Source of the DNA: a virus
Taxonomy: Duplodnaviria; Caudoviricetes
Reading direction: 5' to 3' (one strand)
Length of the DNA stretch: 64,000 nt
IMG/VR virus record: IMGVR_UViG_3300037067_016777
Coordinates: 160,001 to 224,000 of that record
In this document: positions 15,955 through 27,411 of the stretch, piece after piece
How the letters are laid out: every line of letters begins with the position of its first letter
Position numbering within the stretch: the stretch's first letter is position 1
Program-made: the position numbers and the translations under genes
Notes under the pieces: generated by a model
What the model was told of the DNA's origin: nothing
The model's database searches: none
Seen by the model: the letters and a program-made list of their open reading frames with translations, nothing else

Positions 15955-17568
15955 ATGAAATTCAAAGAATTCAGAACTATTCAGCTTACTAGCGTGCCAG
16001 TTTTTGGCGACAATCCTCCAGAAAATACTGTATATGAGTGGTTTGTTAATATTGGTTTAACTACACAGACGTTATATTATCGATATCCAGATGGAACTGA
16101 GAGGATTGTTGCTGGCGGTGGCCAAATCGGATTGACCGGCGCAAGCGGTGCAACTGGGATAGCTGGGGCTACTGGTAGTGGCGATACAGGTGCTTCAGGG
16201 GCAACTGGCCCAGGCGGTGGTCCTACCGGTGCGACAGGATCGACAGGCCCTGCTGGTCTTGTCGGTGCAACCGGTATTGGGTTATCTGGTGCCACTGGTT
16301 CAACTGGACCACTAGGTGCTTCCGGCGCTACGGGGCCATCAGGAGGGCCTATTGGCTCGACAGGTGCTACTGGCCATGTTGGTGCTACTGGTGCAACCGG
16401 ACCGTCAGGAGGGCCTACGGGAGCCACAGGAGCAACCGGTATTGCTGGAGCCACCGGATTAATTGGTCTGTCTGGCTCGACTGGAATCGCAGGCGCTACT
16501 GGCACTGGTATAGCTGGGGCTTCAGGAGCAATTGGTGCTACTGGGCCTATAGGCTCAAGTGCGACAGCTGGCGCTAACGTAATAATAAATGGTGGCTTTG
16601 ATTTTTTCCAGCGTAATGGAAATACAGCAGTATCTTACTATTCTGCTACTGACGACACATATTGTTTTGATCGCTGGGTTAGCTTAAGCGAATCAGCCGC
16701 AACTTCTACTCTGCGATACAATCTAACGACAGGTACGTCAGCTCAGCCTGGCCCATTTGTTGGAGTTTTGAGAAATTTATCTGGATCAGCGCAAAGAATG
16801 GGATTATTGCAGATCGTTGAGGGATTTAATTCATTTCTATTGCGTGGACAATCTATAACTTTACAAGCAACAATAACTACTAGCGTTGCCGTCCGATATG
16901 CAATATTGGAGTGGACTGGTGTGGCTGATACTGTGACGAGCGATATTGTTAGAGACTGGGCGAGTACTTCATACACTGCAAATAATTTCTTTTTGAGTAG
17001 TAATCTTGCAGTTACAGCTATTGGTTCCATCGCTTCTACAGGATCTATCGCTTTAACTGCGACCGTAAGTGGTTCCTGCAATAATTTGATTGTTTTTTTC
17101 TGGACTGAATCACAATTAGCAAACAACGCACAGATATATCTAGCAAATGTTGATTGCCATACTGGTAGTGCTCGCGTTATGAGTCCAAGACCATACGCAG
17201 AAGAATTAACACTATGCCAACGATATTACGAGAAGAGCTATAACGTTGATGTAAAACCAGGCACAGTAGCAACGCGAGTTGGAGCAGTTGGCTCGACTGT
17301 CTTGTATGGCAATACCTGGTACTTAAATAACTTTATGGTATACTATACGACTGAAAAGCGTACACATGCAGGCCCGAGATTATACTCGCCGCAAACTGGT
17401 GCAACGAATTATGCTGGTGAGTATACTATGCAGCAGGCTTATGTAGCAGATCGACGTTTGCAAATTCTCAATAATGGTACAAAAGCATATGGTGTTGCGT
17501 CTGACGATGGAACTTTTAATGTGAACAACGTCATATGGCATCAATTTACGACAGAATGCGAATTATAA
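15955..17568 (+). CDS. Collagen-like fibre protein, paralog A
   Basis: G-X-Y block; [13 protein letters not shown]; [13 protein letters not shown]. Confidence 0.85.
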   Translation: MKFKEFRTIQLTSVPVFGDNPPENTVYEWFVNIGLTTQTLYYRYPDGTERIVAGGGQIGLTGASGATGIAGATGSGDTGASGATGPGGGPTGATGSTGPAGLVGATGIGLSGATGSTGPLGASGATGPSGGPIGSTGATGHVGATGATGPSGGPTGATGATGIAGATGLIGLSGSTGIAGATGTGIAGASGAIGATGPIGSSATAGANVIINGGFDFFQRNGNTAVSYYSATDDTYCFDRWVSLSESAATSTLRYNLTTGTSAQPGPFVGVLRNLSGSAQRMGLLQIVEGFNSFLLRGQSITLQATITTSVAVRYAILEWTGVADTVTSDIVRDWASTSYTANNFFLSSNLAVTAIGSIASTGSIALTATVSGSCNNLIVFFWTESQLANNAQIYLANVDCHTGSARVMSPRPYAEELTLCQRYYEKSYNVDVKPGTVATRVGAVGSTVLYGNTWYLNNFMVYYTTEKRTHAGPRLYSPQTGATNYAGEYTMQQAYVADRRLQILNNGTKAYGVASDDGTFNVNNVIWHQFTTECEL

Positions 17569-17584
17569 AACTGGCAAAAGATTT

Positions 17585-19210
17585 ATGAAATTCAAAGAAT
17601 TCAGAACAATTCAGCTTACTAGTGCGCCAGTCTTTGGTGATAATCCACCAGAAAATACCATTTATCAATGGTTTACTGTTGGTAGTAGTTCTACAGTCGT
17701 TATTAACTGCCGATTCTCTGATGGTAGTGAAAAAACTGTATCTGGTGGATCTGGATCTATAGGCGCGACCGGCAGTACTGGGCCTGTTGGCTCTACTGGT
17801 CCTTCTGGCGGCCCAATAGGTGCCACTGGTCCAATTGGTCTAGGTGCAACTGGTTTTACTGGTGCAACTGGTGCAACTGGAATTGGTGCAACTGGGCCTT
17901 TAGGTGCTTCCGGGGCAACCGGGCCGTCAGGAGGTCCTACAGGTGCTACTGGAGTCACTGGCGCTTCTGGCGCTTCTGGTGCCACTGGCCCAGCAGGAGG
18001 CCCTGTAGGTGCCACTGGAGCAACTGGTACTTCTGGCGCTTCTGGAGTAGGAATAAACGGTGCTTCTGGAGTAGGAATAAACGGTGCTTCTGGAGTAAAT
18101 GGCGCTTCGGGATCTGCTGGATCAATAGGACCGACAGGTGCTACTGGTATATCCGGATCTGCTGGTGCTACAGGCCCTACTGGCCCGAGCGGTGAGTTAA
18201 TAGGTGCCAACGTAATAATAAATGGTACTTTCGACTTTTTTCAACGAAATACCAATACAACACTTACAGCATTTACTTCTGTAGATGATACTTATTGTTT
18301 TGATCGCTGGGTGGCTTTAACTCAATCTAATGCAATATCAACATATCGATGGAATCCCGCTACAGGTACATCAGCTTTACCTGGCCCATTTGGTGGGCGG
18401 ATAGTACAAAGCAACGCAACAGCACAAAGAATGGGCTTACTACAGATTGTTGAAGGAAGTAACTCTTTTGCGTTGCGAGGGCAGACAGTAACACTTCAAG
18501 CGTCGATAACTAATACATCAGGAAATACGCGTTTTGCAATATTGGAATGGACTGGTGTGTCTGATACAGTAACGAGTGATGTTGTTAGAGATTGGACGAG
18601 TACAACATATACTGCGAATAATTTCTTTTTGAGTAGCGGTATAACGGTTGCCGCTGTTGGTAGCGTAACATCTGGGACTAATATACCTGCTGTTCTTACA
18701 GGAACGATTAGCGGTTCTTGCAACAATTTGATCGTTTTCTTTTGGACTGAATCACCAGCTGCACAAAATATTGCAATGGTTGCATACAATGTAGACTGTC
18801 ATATTGGCAGTTCGCGAATTTTTAGTCCTCGCTCATTCGGAGAAGAATTGATGCTGTGCCAGCGATATTATGAGAAGAGCTATAATATCGATACTAAACC
18901 TGGCGCAATTACACGGCAAGGATCGCTAGGAGCGCTTGTGGCTGTCGGTCAGGGCAATTTTTGGTTGATGCAGTGCACACATACATATATGGTGCAGAAA
19001 CGTGTTTATGTTGCTCCAAGATTTTACTCTCCTTATACTGGTACTTTGGGTTATTGTAGTGAATATAATACATCGCAAGGTTATACTGCTGATCGCGGTC
19101 TTCAAATTATGGAGGCCAGCCCAAGAACATATAGCATAGCATCAAATGATGGTACTTTCACCCAGGGCGCTGCAGAGTGGCATCATTTCGTGGCAGAATG
19201 TGAATTATAA
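17585..19210 (+). CDS. Collagen-like fibre protein, paralog B
   Basis: Same N-terminus ([13 protein letters not shown]) and same C-domain as 15955..17568. Confidence 0.85.
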   Translation: MKFKEFRTIQLTSAPVFGDNPPENTIYQWFTVGSSSTVVINCRFSDGSEKTVSGGSGSIGATGSTGPVGSTGPSGGPIGATGPIGLGATGFTGATGATGIGATGPLGASGATGPSGGPTGATGVTGASGASGATGPAGGPVGATGATGTSGASGVGINGASGVGINGASGVNGASGSAGSIGPTGATGISGSAGATGPTGPSGELIGANVIINGTFDFFQRNTNTTLTAFTSVDDTYCFDRWVALTQSNAISTYRWNPATGTSALPGPFGGRIVQSNATAQRMGLLQIVEGSNSFALRGQTVTLQASITNTSGNTRFAILEWTGVSDTVTSDVVRDWTSTTYTANNFFLSSGITVAAVGSVTSGTNIPAVLTGTISGSCNNLIVFFWTESPAAQNIAMVAYNVDCHIGSSRIFSPRSFGEELMLCQRYYEKSYNIDTKPGAITRQGSLGALVAVGQGNFWLMQCTHTYMVQKRVYVAPRFYSPYTGTLGYCSEYNTSQGYTADRGLQIMEASPRTYSIASNDGTFTQGAAEWHHFVAECEL

Positions 19211-19232
19211 AAATTGACAGATTGGGCGTAAA

Positions 19233-19697
19233 ATGGCTGCAATCACAATCAGCATCGGAATTACTGGTCTGACTAATGTTAAGGCATTGCCATATAATGT
19301 TGATTTCACACAGGTGTGGAATGGCACTAGCCTCGTGGCGATTGGATCAGCTGTCCCATCATTTATTAATATGATCGAGGTAATAGTCAACGGTGTTGGC
19401 AGCGGCAATTATAAAGCTGAGCTACCAACATCACTTAACACTATAAGTGATAATGACGGTCTTGCGATTTCAATATACAGTTCTGGTAATCCAGCATCTG
19501 TTAGCGATCCACTTTACGGATATATTCCGCCATCGTGTCAGTCGACGTTAATAAAAGCTGTAACAGATGCAATTGCTGCACTCGAAATAAATATAGATCC
19601 TTGTGAATTACGCCGTGCATTAGAGGGCATCACAATTAAACCGACACGCACTATATTGGGTCCTTGCCAACAAAATGCTGTTACTTTATGTCGTTAA
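19233..19697 (+). CDS. Hypothetical, probably virion-associated protein
   Basis: Follows the fibre genes on the same strand. Confidence 0.6.
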   Translation: MAAITISIGITGLTNVKALPYNVDFTQVWNGTSLVAIGSAVPSFINMIEVIVNGVGSGNYKAELPTSLNTISDNDGLAISIYSSGNPASVSDPLYGYIPPSCQSTLIKAVTDAIAALEINIDPCELRRALEGITIKPTRTILGPCQQNAVTLCR

Positions 19698-20603
19698 TGT
19701 GACTTTACGACGTAGTAATTTTACAAGGCAACTCCCTAAATCCATAAAATAATCATGTTCTGCCATAGCACCAATACATTCAATGCCTAATTTATTGAGT
19801 GTAGTTAAATCGGGTTTTTGGCCCTTGGGTATGGCTTCTGCAATAGTTGTACCATCAATTAGTTCAAATTGCTGTATGAACTGCATAAAATAAGGACCTG
19901 GGATTGGTATGTCGCGTAAGAAATAAAACATATATCGGTTTTTAGCTACGTTGCTTACTTTGAAGAAATTAATATAATCATCAACAACTAAGACTTGATT
20001 TGCACCTTCGAAGTTCAGGTCGTTTGTCTCAACATGATAATACCACACTTGTGTTGTTGATAATTTTGGATGTGGAACTCTTGTTAGTTCATACAATTTA
20101 GACAATTGAATTGTGCTAATCATATGATCAAACTCGATTCTCTTCCCTCCCCATATTACATAATGATCACCAATTTCAGATACTGCACCTTTGTTACTAT
20201 TATCAACCAAACTCTGGCCATATTTTATTTGCAATTGATTATATAATTGATTAACTTTTATGCTATAAACGAAATGATCGCCTCTAGATTTAATGCAGGG
20301 CAATGCTTGCGATGGGACTTCTTGACCAAATACTTTATTTAGCCATCCATTAATAATAAGATCGTCTGATGGTAATAAGCCGCCACCTAGTGAATAAAGG
20401 GTTTTGTAGATAAATGATATTTTGCCACCAAAATGCGCAATTAGATCATCTATTCGTTCATCTCTAATAATGAAGTTATCGGCTAATGCTGGACGAAAGC
20501 TATAAAAACGAGAGCGTGAAAATGGTATAACTAACCATTGGTCACCTAGAATTTCTTTAGCAAGCAGCCCAACGATGCCACTACCTAATATTACTCCTTG
20601 CAT
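19686..20603 (-). CDS. FAD/NAD-binding oxidoreductase-like protein (UDP-galactopyranose mutase/protoporphyrinogen oxidase fold)
   Basis: VILGSGIVGLL Rossmann motif, FDHMISTIQL, C-terminal CIGAMAEHDY. Confidence 0.6.
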   Translation of the reverse strand: MQGVILGSGIVGLLAKEILGDQWLVIPFSRSRFYSFRPALADNFIIRDERIDDLIAHFGGKISFIYKTLYSLGGGLLPSDDLIINGWLNKVFGQEVPSQALPCIKSRGDHFVYSIKVNQLYNQLQIKYGQSLVDNSNKGAVSEIGDHYVIWGGKRIEFDHMISTIQLSKLYELTRVPHPKLSTTQVWYYHVETNDLNFEGANQVLVVDDYINFFKVSNVAKNRYMFYFLRDIPIPGPYFMQFIQQFELIDGTTIAEAIPKGQKPDLTTLNKLGIECIGAMAEHDYFMDLGSCLVKLLRRKVTLTT

Positions 20604-21040
20604 GCTAATCTCGATATTTTTTGTGCGACAGTGAGAGAATCATCATTAGATATTTTTTCTATTGGTGTTACTGCTTCATCAAGCTCACATCGAGATAATT
20701 GCTTGCTATCAAAAGGGTTTACGAATGGATCGATAAATGTTGGAAGCGGTGGGACAACTTCTGGTTTGCCAACACCACATTCTGGGCATGCGACAAATTT
20801 GTATCCATATTGTTCTACAATATTGCATGCATCAATATAAAAACCTGCACAACAGAAAGGACACATAGCAGAGAATTTAGATGGTAAGTCAAGTACAAAT
20901 TCAAATGGTCTTGCTGATGTTATAGCTGCTGGATTTGGTTTTTCTGTTGGTACGGAGACAATAAAGTCAACCAACTGAAATTGTGTTGGATGCTCATTTG
21001 GTAATAATATTATCTTGTTTGAATCGCTTGCGATGACCAT
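20591..21040 (-). CDS. Zn-ribbon hypothetical protein
   Basis: CPFC...CPEC. Confidence 0.65.
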   Translation of the reverse strand: MVIASDSNKIILLPNEHPTQFQLVDFIVSVPTEKPNPAAITSARPFEFVLDLPSKFSAMCPFCCAGFYIDACNIVEQYGYKFVACPECGVGKPEVVPPLPTFIDPFVNPFDSKQLSRCELDEAVTPIEKISNDDSLTVAQKISRLACKE

Positions 21041-21498
21041 TCTTTATCCTTGCTATTTTGAATTTCTATTGCTTTGGTTTTTAGTTGTGTGAAAACATCA
21101 TTAGATACCCACAATTCTACATACTTTTCATCTATAACTTGAGTAGATGGATTTCCATTTATATCGACAGCAACAACAGATACACAAATATAGAAGCATG
21201 TAAAATTCCCATGCATGAGAATACCGCTCAGATCGCAAAAAATCCCGTTTGGGCACGATCTATTATCAATTATTCTACTTGGTTTATAACATTTAATAAT
21301 GATAGCCTTCAGCTCTGCCATGCATCGTGAGCAGATATCAAAAGAATATGTAGGAGTAATTCCATGTGCAAAAGACATAGAATTATTGGTGACGGTGACT
21401 TCTTTGGCATCGAATGAATAGTATGTAAATTTCTCCACAATCTGCATGCCACAGCGGTCGCAGTTGATGCCATGTTTATCTTGTGTTAACATATCCAT
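21010..21498 (-). CDS. Cys-rich hypothetical protein
   Basis: CDRC, CSRC; internal duplication (GINCDRCG / GIFCDLSG). Confidence 0.65.
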   Translation of the reverse strand: MDMLTQDKHGINCDRCGMQIVEKFTYYSFDAKEVTVTNNSMSFAHGITPTYSFDICSRCMAELKAIIIKCYKPSRIIDNRSCPNGIFCDLSGILMHGNFTCFYICVSVVAVDINGNPSTQVIDEKYVELWVSNDVFTQLKTKAIEIQNSKDKEWSSQAIQTR

Positions 21499-21527
21499 CC
21501 TGGAGTTGATTTTAGTATTATTTACAT

Positions 21528-22238
21528 ATGGATTTAAAAACGTTTGATTGGCAATGCGGTTCTAATTATCCTTACAGACAGAGAGAAATAATTTCTAATT
21601 GGGATGTTGCGAAAATGGCTATACAAGAAACACATCACGAGCGTAAATTGCGAATGCTTAGACAACTCAGCTTATGCTGTAGTGCTTGTAGTTGTTGTGA
21701 GCTTGGTAGGAAAGACGCAGAGAAGAATGGGATTTGCCGTGATCCGCATGTATTGTCTTCTATGACCCCATCGCGAATATTTGTTGTCGGACAGAATCCT
21801 GGCATTGAGGAGTTGAAACAAGGAATACCGTTTGTTGGTCAGTCTGGTAAAAACTTCGATAAGGAGTTAGCTAAGCATAATGTTGATCGATCGCAATTTT
21901 ATATAACTAACGCAGTGCGATGCTATACAACTGATAACATTAAACCGCCGCAATTATGTGTCGACAAATGTAAGCCATTCCTGATGATGGAAATTGGCTT
22001 GATGAATCCGCAATTGGTCGTTACATTAGGTGCGGTGGCTTTTGAATGCCTTTGTCCTGGATGTGTTTACAGTCAAGCATTGGGGAATATTACTACAAGC
22101 ATTATGTACGGCGTTAAAGTGTTTGCTATTTTGCATCCGTCGCCATTAAACTTGACACAATCAGATAGAAGAACTGCTTTTGAACGACAAATAGCCGTAT
22201 TATGCAAGATTTTAAATCGGATTACTGAGGTTGAATAG
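21528..22238 (+). CDS. Uracil-DNA glycosylase, family 4
   Basis: Fe-S Cys cluster, VGQNPG, PFVGQSG, ITNAVRC, HPSP. Confidence 0.9.
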   Translation: MDLKTFDWQCGSNYPYRQREIISNWDVAKMAIQETHHERKLRMLRQLSLCCSACSCCELGRKDAEKNGICRDPHVLSSMTPSRIFVVGQNPGIEELKQGIPFVGQSGKNFDKELAKHNVDRSQFYITNAVRCYTTDNIKPPQLCVDKCKPFLMMEIGLMNPQLVVTLGAVAFECLCPGCVYSQALGNITTSIMYGVKVFAILHPSPLNLTQSDRRTAFERQIAVLCKILNRITEVE

Positions 22239-22638
22239 ATTCTGTATTCTCTGGCTCTTCGAGATTATATGGTGCTAATCGATATACTGGCTTTCTGTCA
22301 TGTGTACTTTTGCGCAAGACATATTCATTGCCATTTTGCCGTAGTAAACCTTTCATTCTCATCATGAGTGATGATGGATTAGTAACAGCTGGGCTCGAAG
22401 CTTCTAACAATTTACTGATTTCTACAGATTCTCCAGTTGGAAACGCAGCTAACAATATATTATAAGCGGCTTGTGTAGCTAGGGTTTCAGGATCTGTCCT
22501 AATCGGTCCTCTAGCTTTCTCGTTCGCTGCAGATTTAATATTCTCTAATGTTTCTGCGCTAAGCTGCCGAACGTCCTCGGCAATAATCTTTTCAATTGGA
22601 TCGCCTAGGTCGACAGATATGACATTGATTCTCGCCAT
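22222..22638 (-). CDS. Hypothetical protein, possibly winged-helix
   Basis: GGAG RBS before ATG 22638 (MARINVIS). Confidence 0.65.
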   Translation of the reverse strand: MARINVISVDLGDPIEKIIAEDVRQLSAETLENIKSAANEKARGPIRTDPETLATQAAYNILLAAFPTGESVEISKLLEASSPAVTNPSSLMMRMKGLLRQNGNEYVLRKSTHDRKPVYRLAPYNLEEPENTESIQPQ

Positions 22639-22736
22639 AGTAATTCTCCATTTTTGTTGTGTATTTAAATTACAGGGATTTAAATACGAGTGTGAAATGT
22701 ACAAACCACACGCGTGGCAAGACGAGAGAATAGCCG

Positions 22737-23501
22737 ATGCAGAACAACAGTTGCATAATATGCGGATCTGATAAGAATCTCAACACTGAATTCGTCGTGA
22801 CCGTCGACGATCAGAAAGTTACGGTCAAGGTTTGCGATGAGCATGCAGACGATATAACTCCGAAAGCAGCTAAGGTTGCATATTTGAAATGGAAGTCGAC
22901 TCGCGACACACAGATGCAGGAGTTTTTAGCACAGGCTGCCAAGCTTGGTATGACTGTAGTACCACAAGGTAGCGGATTAGTTGTAGCGACATCAGCGACA
23001 TCAGCTATACCAGCGCCGATACCATCTACACCAAAATCTGTTATAAGCGAATTACATGGTGGCCGAGAAGACGGTATATTGCCATCTTCAGAAGTTGACA
23101 ATGTTATGCAGAGACGTGTGGCAGGTATGTCTGGATCTATTGATGGACAAGGAGTTGAAAGGCATAATGCCTATGATCCATCTGAACTAGATTCGAAGCT
23201 GCCAGATGGTGCAAGAGATGGTTTAGTGAAAATGGAATTGGCTGAGGGCAGGCATGGGACGCCATTGGCTATCCCAGCAATTAGACAAGATGGGCTTGGC
23301 ACGACGAGGGTGAGGATTGCAAAGACTGTGACCGATGCAGATTTGCAAAAGCGGTTCAAGCAGCAAGCAGCCGCTGATCATTCTTTTAAAGACGGCTATG
23401 ATATTCACCCTTGTCCGATGTGTAAGGGTGACGGTATGATCCGGAAAAGCCCGTCAGAAACTATAGTATGCCCCAAATGTGGTGGCTCAGCATTGCTTTA
23501 G
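22737..23501 (+). CDS. Zn-finger protein with a C-terminal DnaJ-type CxxCxGxG finger
   Basis: CIIC...CDEH; CPMCKGDG...CPKCGGS. Confidence 0.7.
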   Translation: MQNNSCIICGSDKNLNTEFVVTVDDQKVTVKVCDEHADDITPKAAKVAYLKWKSTRDTQMQEFLAQAAKLGMTVVPQGSGLVVATSATSAIPAPIPSTPKSVISELHGGREDGILPSSEVDNVMQRRVAGMSGSIDGQGVERHNAYDPSELDSKLPDGARDGLVKMELAEGRHGTPLAIPAIRQDGLGTTRVRIAKTVTDADLQKRFKQQAAADHSFKDGYDIHPCPMCKGDGMIRKSPSETIVCPKCGGSALL

Positions 23502-23746
23502 AGACCGGGCGGCGATAAACTGAATTGCCTAGTAGACACACCTAAAAATCTGCGATGTCGCGGTTTCATTGGTGTGCCTGTTGCTTGAGACGTAAAACCA
23601 GAAACTCTAGAACCAAAATCACCACAATTATCAGGTTTGGTGTCGATAGTACTCATGCCCAATATTGGTTTTCGGCCATATTGATGACCTGAAGCACGAG
23701 CTAGAGCTTTAATAAGATCACCTTCGCTCAACAATAATAATTTCAT
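23498..23746 (-). CDS. Small hypothetical protein
   Basis: Starts MKLLLLSE; translationally coupled to the upstream gene. Confidence 0.6.
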   Translation of the reverse strand: MKLLLLSEGDLIKALARASGHQYGRKPILGMSTIDTKPDNCGDFGSRVSGFTSQATGTPMKPRHRRFLGVSTRQFSLSPPGL

Positions 23747-24186
23747 TGTGTGCTACCGGGTGATTGTCCTGGCTTGCTAACAGCAATTATCCCTTCAAGA
23801 TCTGGATGGTATCCGGCATCTTGTTCGCACCATCCATCTCCATCGCCAACTTCTTCTTTAATAGTTTCGAGTATTCCTATTGCTTTTTCTCGTTCAGTAC
23901 CACAAATGCCCTGGGTGCACATTTCTTGCATCATAGCTTTTTCGAACAATGGATCGGTAATATATTTATAATTATGGACTTTGCGAAAAGCCCGGCATAC
24001 TCCCTCATGACAGACTAAATCAATTGTTTTCAACTCGAATAGATCGTTAATCTGTTCTTGTAGGTATTGGAGAGATTTAGCATCCATATCAGCTAGATCT
24101 TTGGGCGGATCTTGTAGCCCTAATTTAACCTTATGTTGTAGATATGTTTGAATCGCTTCAGTTAGCAATTTTTCGTTGCTGTTCAT
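23743..24186 (-). CDS. Hypothetical protein
   Basis: AGGAG RBS; 147 aa. Confidence 0.7.
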   Translation of the reverse strand: MNSNEKLLTEAIQTYLQHKVKLGLQDPPKDLADMDAKSLQYLQEQINDLFELKTIDLVCHEGVCRAFRKVHNYKYITDPLFEKAMMQEMCTQGICGTEREKAIGILETIKEEVGDGDGWCEQDAGYHPDLEGIIAVSKPGQSPGSTQ

Positions 24187-24221
24187 TTGTATTCTCCTGT
24201 ATAATGTTTGCTTGACGATAG

Positions 24222-24551
24222 ATGGGTATAAATAACTACTTACCAGAGGAACCTCAACCGATAATTCAACAATTAGATCAGGTTGAATTATTAACTGTTA
24301 AGCGGGTAAAATATTTATCTACTAAACCAGGATATGCTCCAAGCCCACATGGCAAATGGAGTGTTGTAGGGATAATTGAGGGAGATGCTTTGCTTGCAAA
24401 AGACAATACTCTCATCCGTATTCCACTTGGGGATATTAGAAAGGCTTGCACACACAATCGCCAACAAGTCATAGATTGTTTGGCAGAAATCTGCTATAAA
24501 GGCAAAAGCAATGGCAAAAAAGAAACCAGTACCGAAACCAGATCAGGGTGA
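24222..24551 (+). CDS. Hypothetical protein
   Basis: 109 aa; overlaps the recA start. Confidence 0.6.
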   Translation: MGINNYLPEEPQPIIQQLDQVELLTVKRVKYLSTKPGYAPSPHGKWSVVGIIEGDALLAKDNTLIRIPLGDIRKACTHNRQQVIDCLAEICYKGKSNGKKETSTETRSG

Positions 24552-25653
24552 AACGGATGACTTCGGTGAGCCGATTCAGAAGATGACGTTTGATGAGATG
24601 TATGCCGAATTGGAAAAGAAATTCGGCGATTCGATTCACTGGGGCGGCGAAACGGCTATTAAACCGACAAAATCAATATCAACCGATTTGCCTAGTTTGG
24701 ATATAGCATTAGGTTGTCGTGGTATTCCAGATGGTAGGATTGTAGAAATATATGGTGCGGAATCAAGTGGTAAGACAACACTTGCTTTACAAATAGTTGC
24801 TAGTTTTCAAAAGCACGATAAACTGGTTGCTTATATCGACGCGGAACACGCTCTAGATTATGATTGGGCAACACATATTGGTGTGGATGTTAAGAAATGG
24901 TTACTGTCTCAACCTGACAGTGGCGAACAAGCATTTGATATTCTGACTTCACTTGTCCATTCAGGCATAGTCGGACTTGTAGTAGTAGATTCAGTGGCTG
25001 CGCTTGTGCCTCAAGAAGAGTTAGATTGCGATATAAGTGATGTTAAGATTGGTGCTCAGGCAAGATTGATGTCCAAAGGTTTACGCAAATTAGCTGGTAA
25101 ATGCCTTAGGACGGGAACTACTGTGATATTTATCAATCAGCTTCGCGATAAGATTGGCCAAGGCGGACCTAGCTATATTAAGCAAGAAACCACTCCTGGC
25201 GGTAGGGCTTTGAAATTCTACTCATCTGTTAGGCTAGAGGTTCGCAGAGCAGAGACGTTGCGTGAAAACGACCGGCCGTATGGGTTAGTCAGTAAGATCA
25301 AAATTGCGAAGAATAAGGTTGCTCCGCCATTTCGTTCTGCGAGCCTAGAAATCCATTTCGGTGCAGATGGGATTTATGGTTATAACAAAACGTTGTCGCT
25401 GATTGATGCTGGAATTGAAACCAAGGCGATTTCGCTAAAAGGCTCTAATTACTATCTTGGCGATCGCAAGATTGCTGTAGGTAAGAAGAAGTTAATTGAC
25501 ATATTAACTTCAGATGAGGAATTGCTTAGGCTTGTTTCTGACGAAACATATCGCATAATGGAGACAGGGCAAATAACTGGTCCTGTAGTGGCCGATAGTT
25601 CTACCAAAGATACAGAAGAGGTAGATACTCAGAGTTTCGACGAAGAAGGATAG
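24511..25653 (+). CDS. recA: RecA recombinase
   Basis: GRIVEIYGAESSGKTT, DAEHALD, VVVDSVAAL, QARLMSKGLRK, IFINQLR, GGRALKFYSSVR, KNKVAPPF. Confidence 0.97.
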   Translation: MAKKKPVPKPDQGETDDFGEPIQKMTFDEMYAELEKKFGDSIHWGGETAIKPTKSISTDLPSLDIALGCRGIPDGRIVEIYGAESSGKTTLALQIVASFQKHDKLVAYIDAEHALDYDWATHIGVDVKKWLLSQPDSGEQAFDILTSLVHSGIVGLVVVDSVAALVPQEELDCDISDVKIGAQARLMSKGLRKLAGKCLRTGTTVIFINQLRDKIGQGGPSYIKQETTPGGRALKFYSSVRLEVRRAETLRENDRPYGLVSKIKIAKNKVAPPFRSASLEIHFGADGIYGYNKTLSLIDAGIETKAISLKGSNYYLGDRKIAVGKKKLIDILTSDEELLRLVSDETYRIMETGQITGPVVADSSTKDTEEVDTQSFDEEG

Positions 25654-25663
25654 GTAACCATAG

Positions 25664-25981
25664 ATGGCCAAAGCCCCACTCTACGATATTGGTCAAATAG
25701 TATATCTAAAAGAGTCAGCTGCCTTGGGATTCTTAGAGGCTTATGCTATTAAGGATATGGGATATCAACCTAATGGCAAGCTAATTTATACGTTAGTGAC
25801 ATCTCTGAAATCACCGGCAGCCGTTCAAACAATCGGTGACAGAATAACTGGCCAACGAGTTTTACCAATCAGGTTTTATGAAGAAGATCTGATTGAATAT
25901 AGAGAAGCACTTGAGATGTGTATATTAAACTTGCAAACTCAACTCAATGCTTTGCAACGTTTATATCAAGGGCTCACATGA
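25664..25981 (+). CDS. Hypothetical protein
   Basis: Coupled (ATGA) to the helicase gene. Confidence 0.65.
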   Translation: MAKAPLYDIGQIVYLKESAALGFLEAYAIKDMGYQPNGKLIYTLVTSLKSPAAVQTIGDRITGQRVLPIRFYEEDLIEYREALEMCILNLQTQLNALQRLYQGLT

Positions 25982-27393
25982 TTGAAGCGCTTCAGGTTGA
26001 ACAGGACGCTATTTCCATTGATAGCCCTTTTGGTCCAAACATGGAAGCTGGCGTTATATCGCTAATTCTTGATTTTCCTGAATTATACATACCAATAGCT
26101 AAGTTTTTTACTGCAGAATTATTTTCAAGGCCAGAAATAAAGTATGTCGTGGCTGCGCTAAAGCAAGATTATGAAAAATTTGGCGTTATACCATCACGTG
26201 CTTTGCTTCACGATCGTTTAGCTAAGCAATTAACTGCAGACGATCCACATCAAGAAATATTAGGTGCTGTTAAAAGATTATCTGATCCAAGAGAAACGCC
26301 AATAATACGCCAAATCTTACGTGAATGGGTTGAACACCGATCCTATGAGCAGTTATACTCTGATGAGGCAATAGCAGCACATGCGCGTGGGGATCATGAG
26401 TTTCTCCGCAAGATTGTCGACTCTGCTTCTAGCATCAATTTAATCGGAAACCAGGGTTTTTGGTTTTTCGACCAAATTGATGAAGTGTTCGTAGATACAG
26501 CCATAGAACATATTGGTACTGGTTTTAAGGGATTAGATGAGAAACTCAACGAAGGCGGCCCATCTCCTGGCGAAGTGCTGATTATTTTGGCACCGACAGG
26601 GGTTGGGAAAACATTGACGATGATCAATATGGCGTTCGCTGCGATGGCTAAAGGCCATAATGTTCTATTCGTTACGTTCGAATTATCGACATATAAAACA
26701 GCTATACGATTAGTTAGTCGTATGTCGCATACAGCTATAAGAGATTTCGCTCGCGCTAATATTGATACATTATCTGAAACAGATCAGAGTAGTATACGTG
26801 AAAACCAAAATAAAGTGCGTAATATTGTTCGAGTCAATAGAGGTAAAATGGGTGAATTGGTTATTTATGAATTACCACCAGATGAATGTAGTGTCGACAA
26901 TATTTATGGCATTATAGAAACCAATCGTAAAACAAGGGGATGGGAACCGAAAGTAGTGGCTCTCGATTATTTAGAATTAATGCTTAGTCGCCACAGCTAC
27001 AATAATACTGAGGGCGACTACACTAGGCAGAAGAGTGTAGCTACTGAAATGCGCGGATTGGCAAAAAATGAAAATGTGCTTGTTTATTCTGCTACACAGA
27101 CCAATCGTAGTGGGGCAAAAGCTGATAAGCAAGGGCAAAACCCAAACCAAAATGCTGAAGCTGCCCATATAGATCTAGACAAAGCGGCGGAGAGTTTTGG
27201 AAAGGCTATGCCAGTTGATTATGTGGTTAGCCTGAATCAGACAGAAGATGAGTATAAAAGAGGTGAAACCGACAAAGTGAACGGCTCTGTTATCAGGCTT
27301 TGGATAGCGAAAAACCGCAATGGTCCAAAGTTTTGCTCTATATCTACAAGCGTATTTTATGATAGAATGGAAATTGTTGAAGTTAATGGCTAA
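25978..27393 (+). CDS. DnaB/T4 gp41-like replicative helicase
   Basis: APTGVGKT, VTFELS, LDYLELM, SATQTNR, IAKNRNGP. Confidence 0.92.
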   Translation: MIEALQVEQDAISIDSPFGPNMEAGVISLILDFPELYIPIAKFFTAELFSRPEIKYVVAALKQDYEKFGVIPSRALLHDRLAKQLTADDPHQEILGAVKRLSDPRETPIIRQILREWVEHRSYEQLYSDEAIAAHARGDHEFLRKIVDSASSINLIGNQGFWFFDQIDEVFVDTAIEHIGTGFKGLDEKLNEGGPSPGEVLIILAPTGVGKTLTMINMAFAAMAKGHNVLFVTFELSTYKTAIRLVSRMSHTAIRDFARANIDTLSETDQSSIRENQNKVRNIVRVNRGKMGELVIYELPPDECSVDNIYGIIETNRKTRGWEPKVVALDYLELMLSRHSYNNTEGDYTRQKSVATEMRGLAKNENVLVYSATQTNRSGAKADKQGQNPNQNAEAAHIDLDKAAESFGKAMPVDYVVSLNQTEDEYKRGETDKVNGSVIRLWIAKNRNGPKFCSISTSVFYDRMEIVEVNG

Positions 27394-27411
27394 TAAACCA
27401 GGGAGCCAATC

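Noticed and set aside
15955-19210. DGR template/variable repeats in the fibre paralogs
   Set aside because: Differences are not adenine-specific, and there is no reverse transcriptase in the window.
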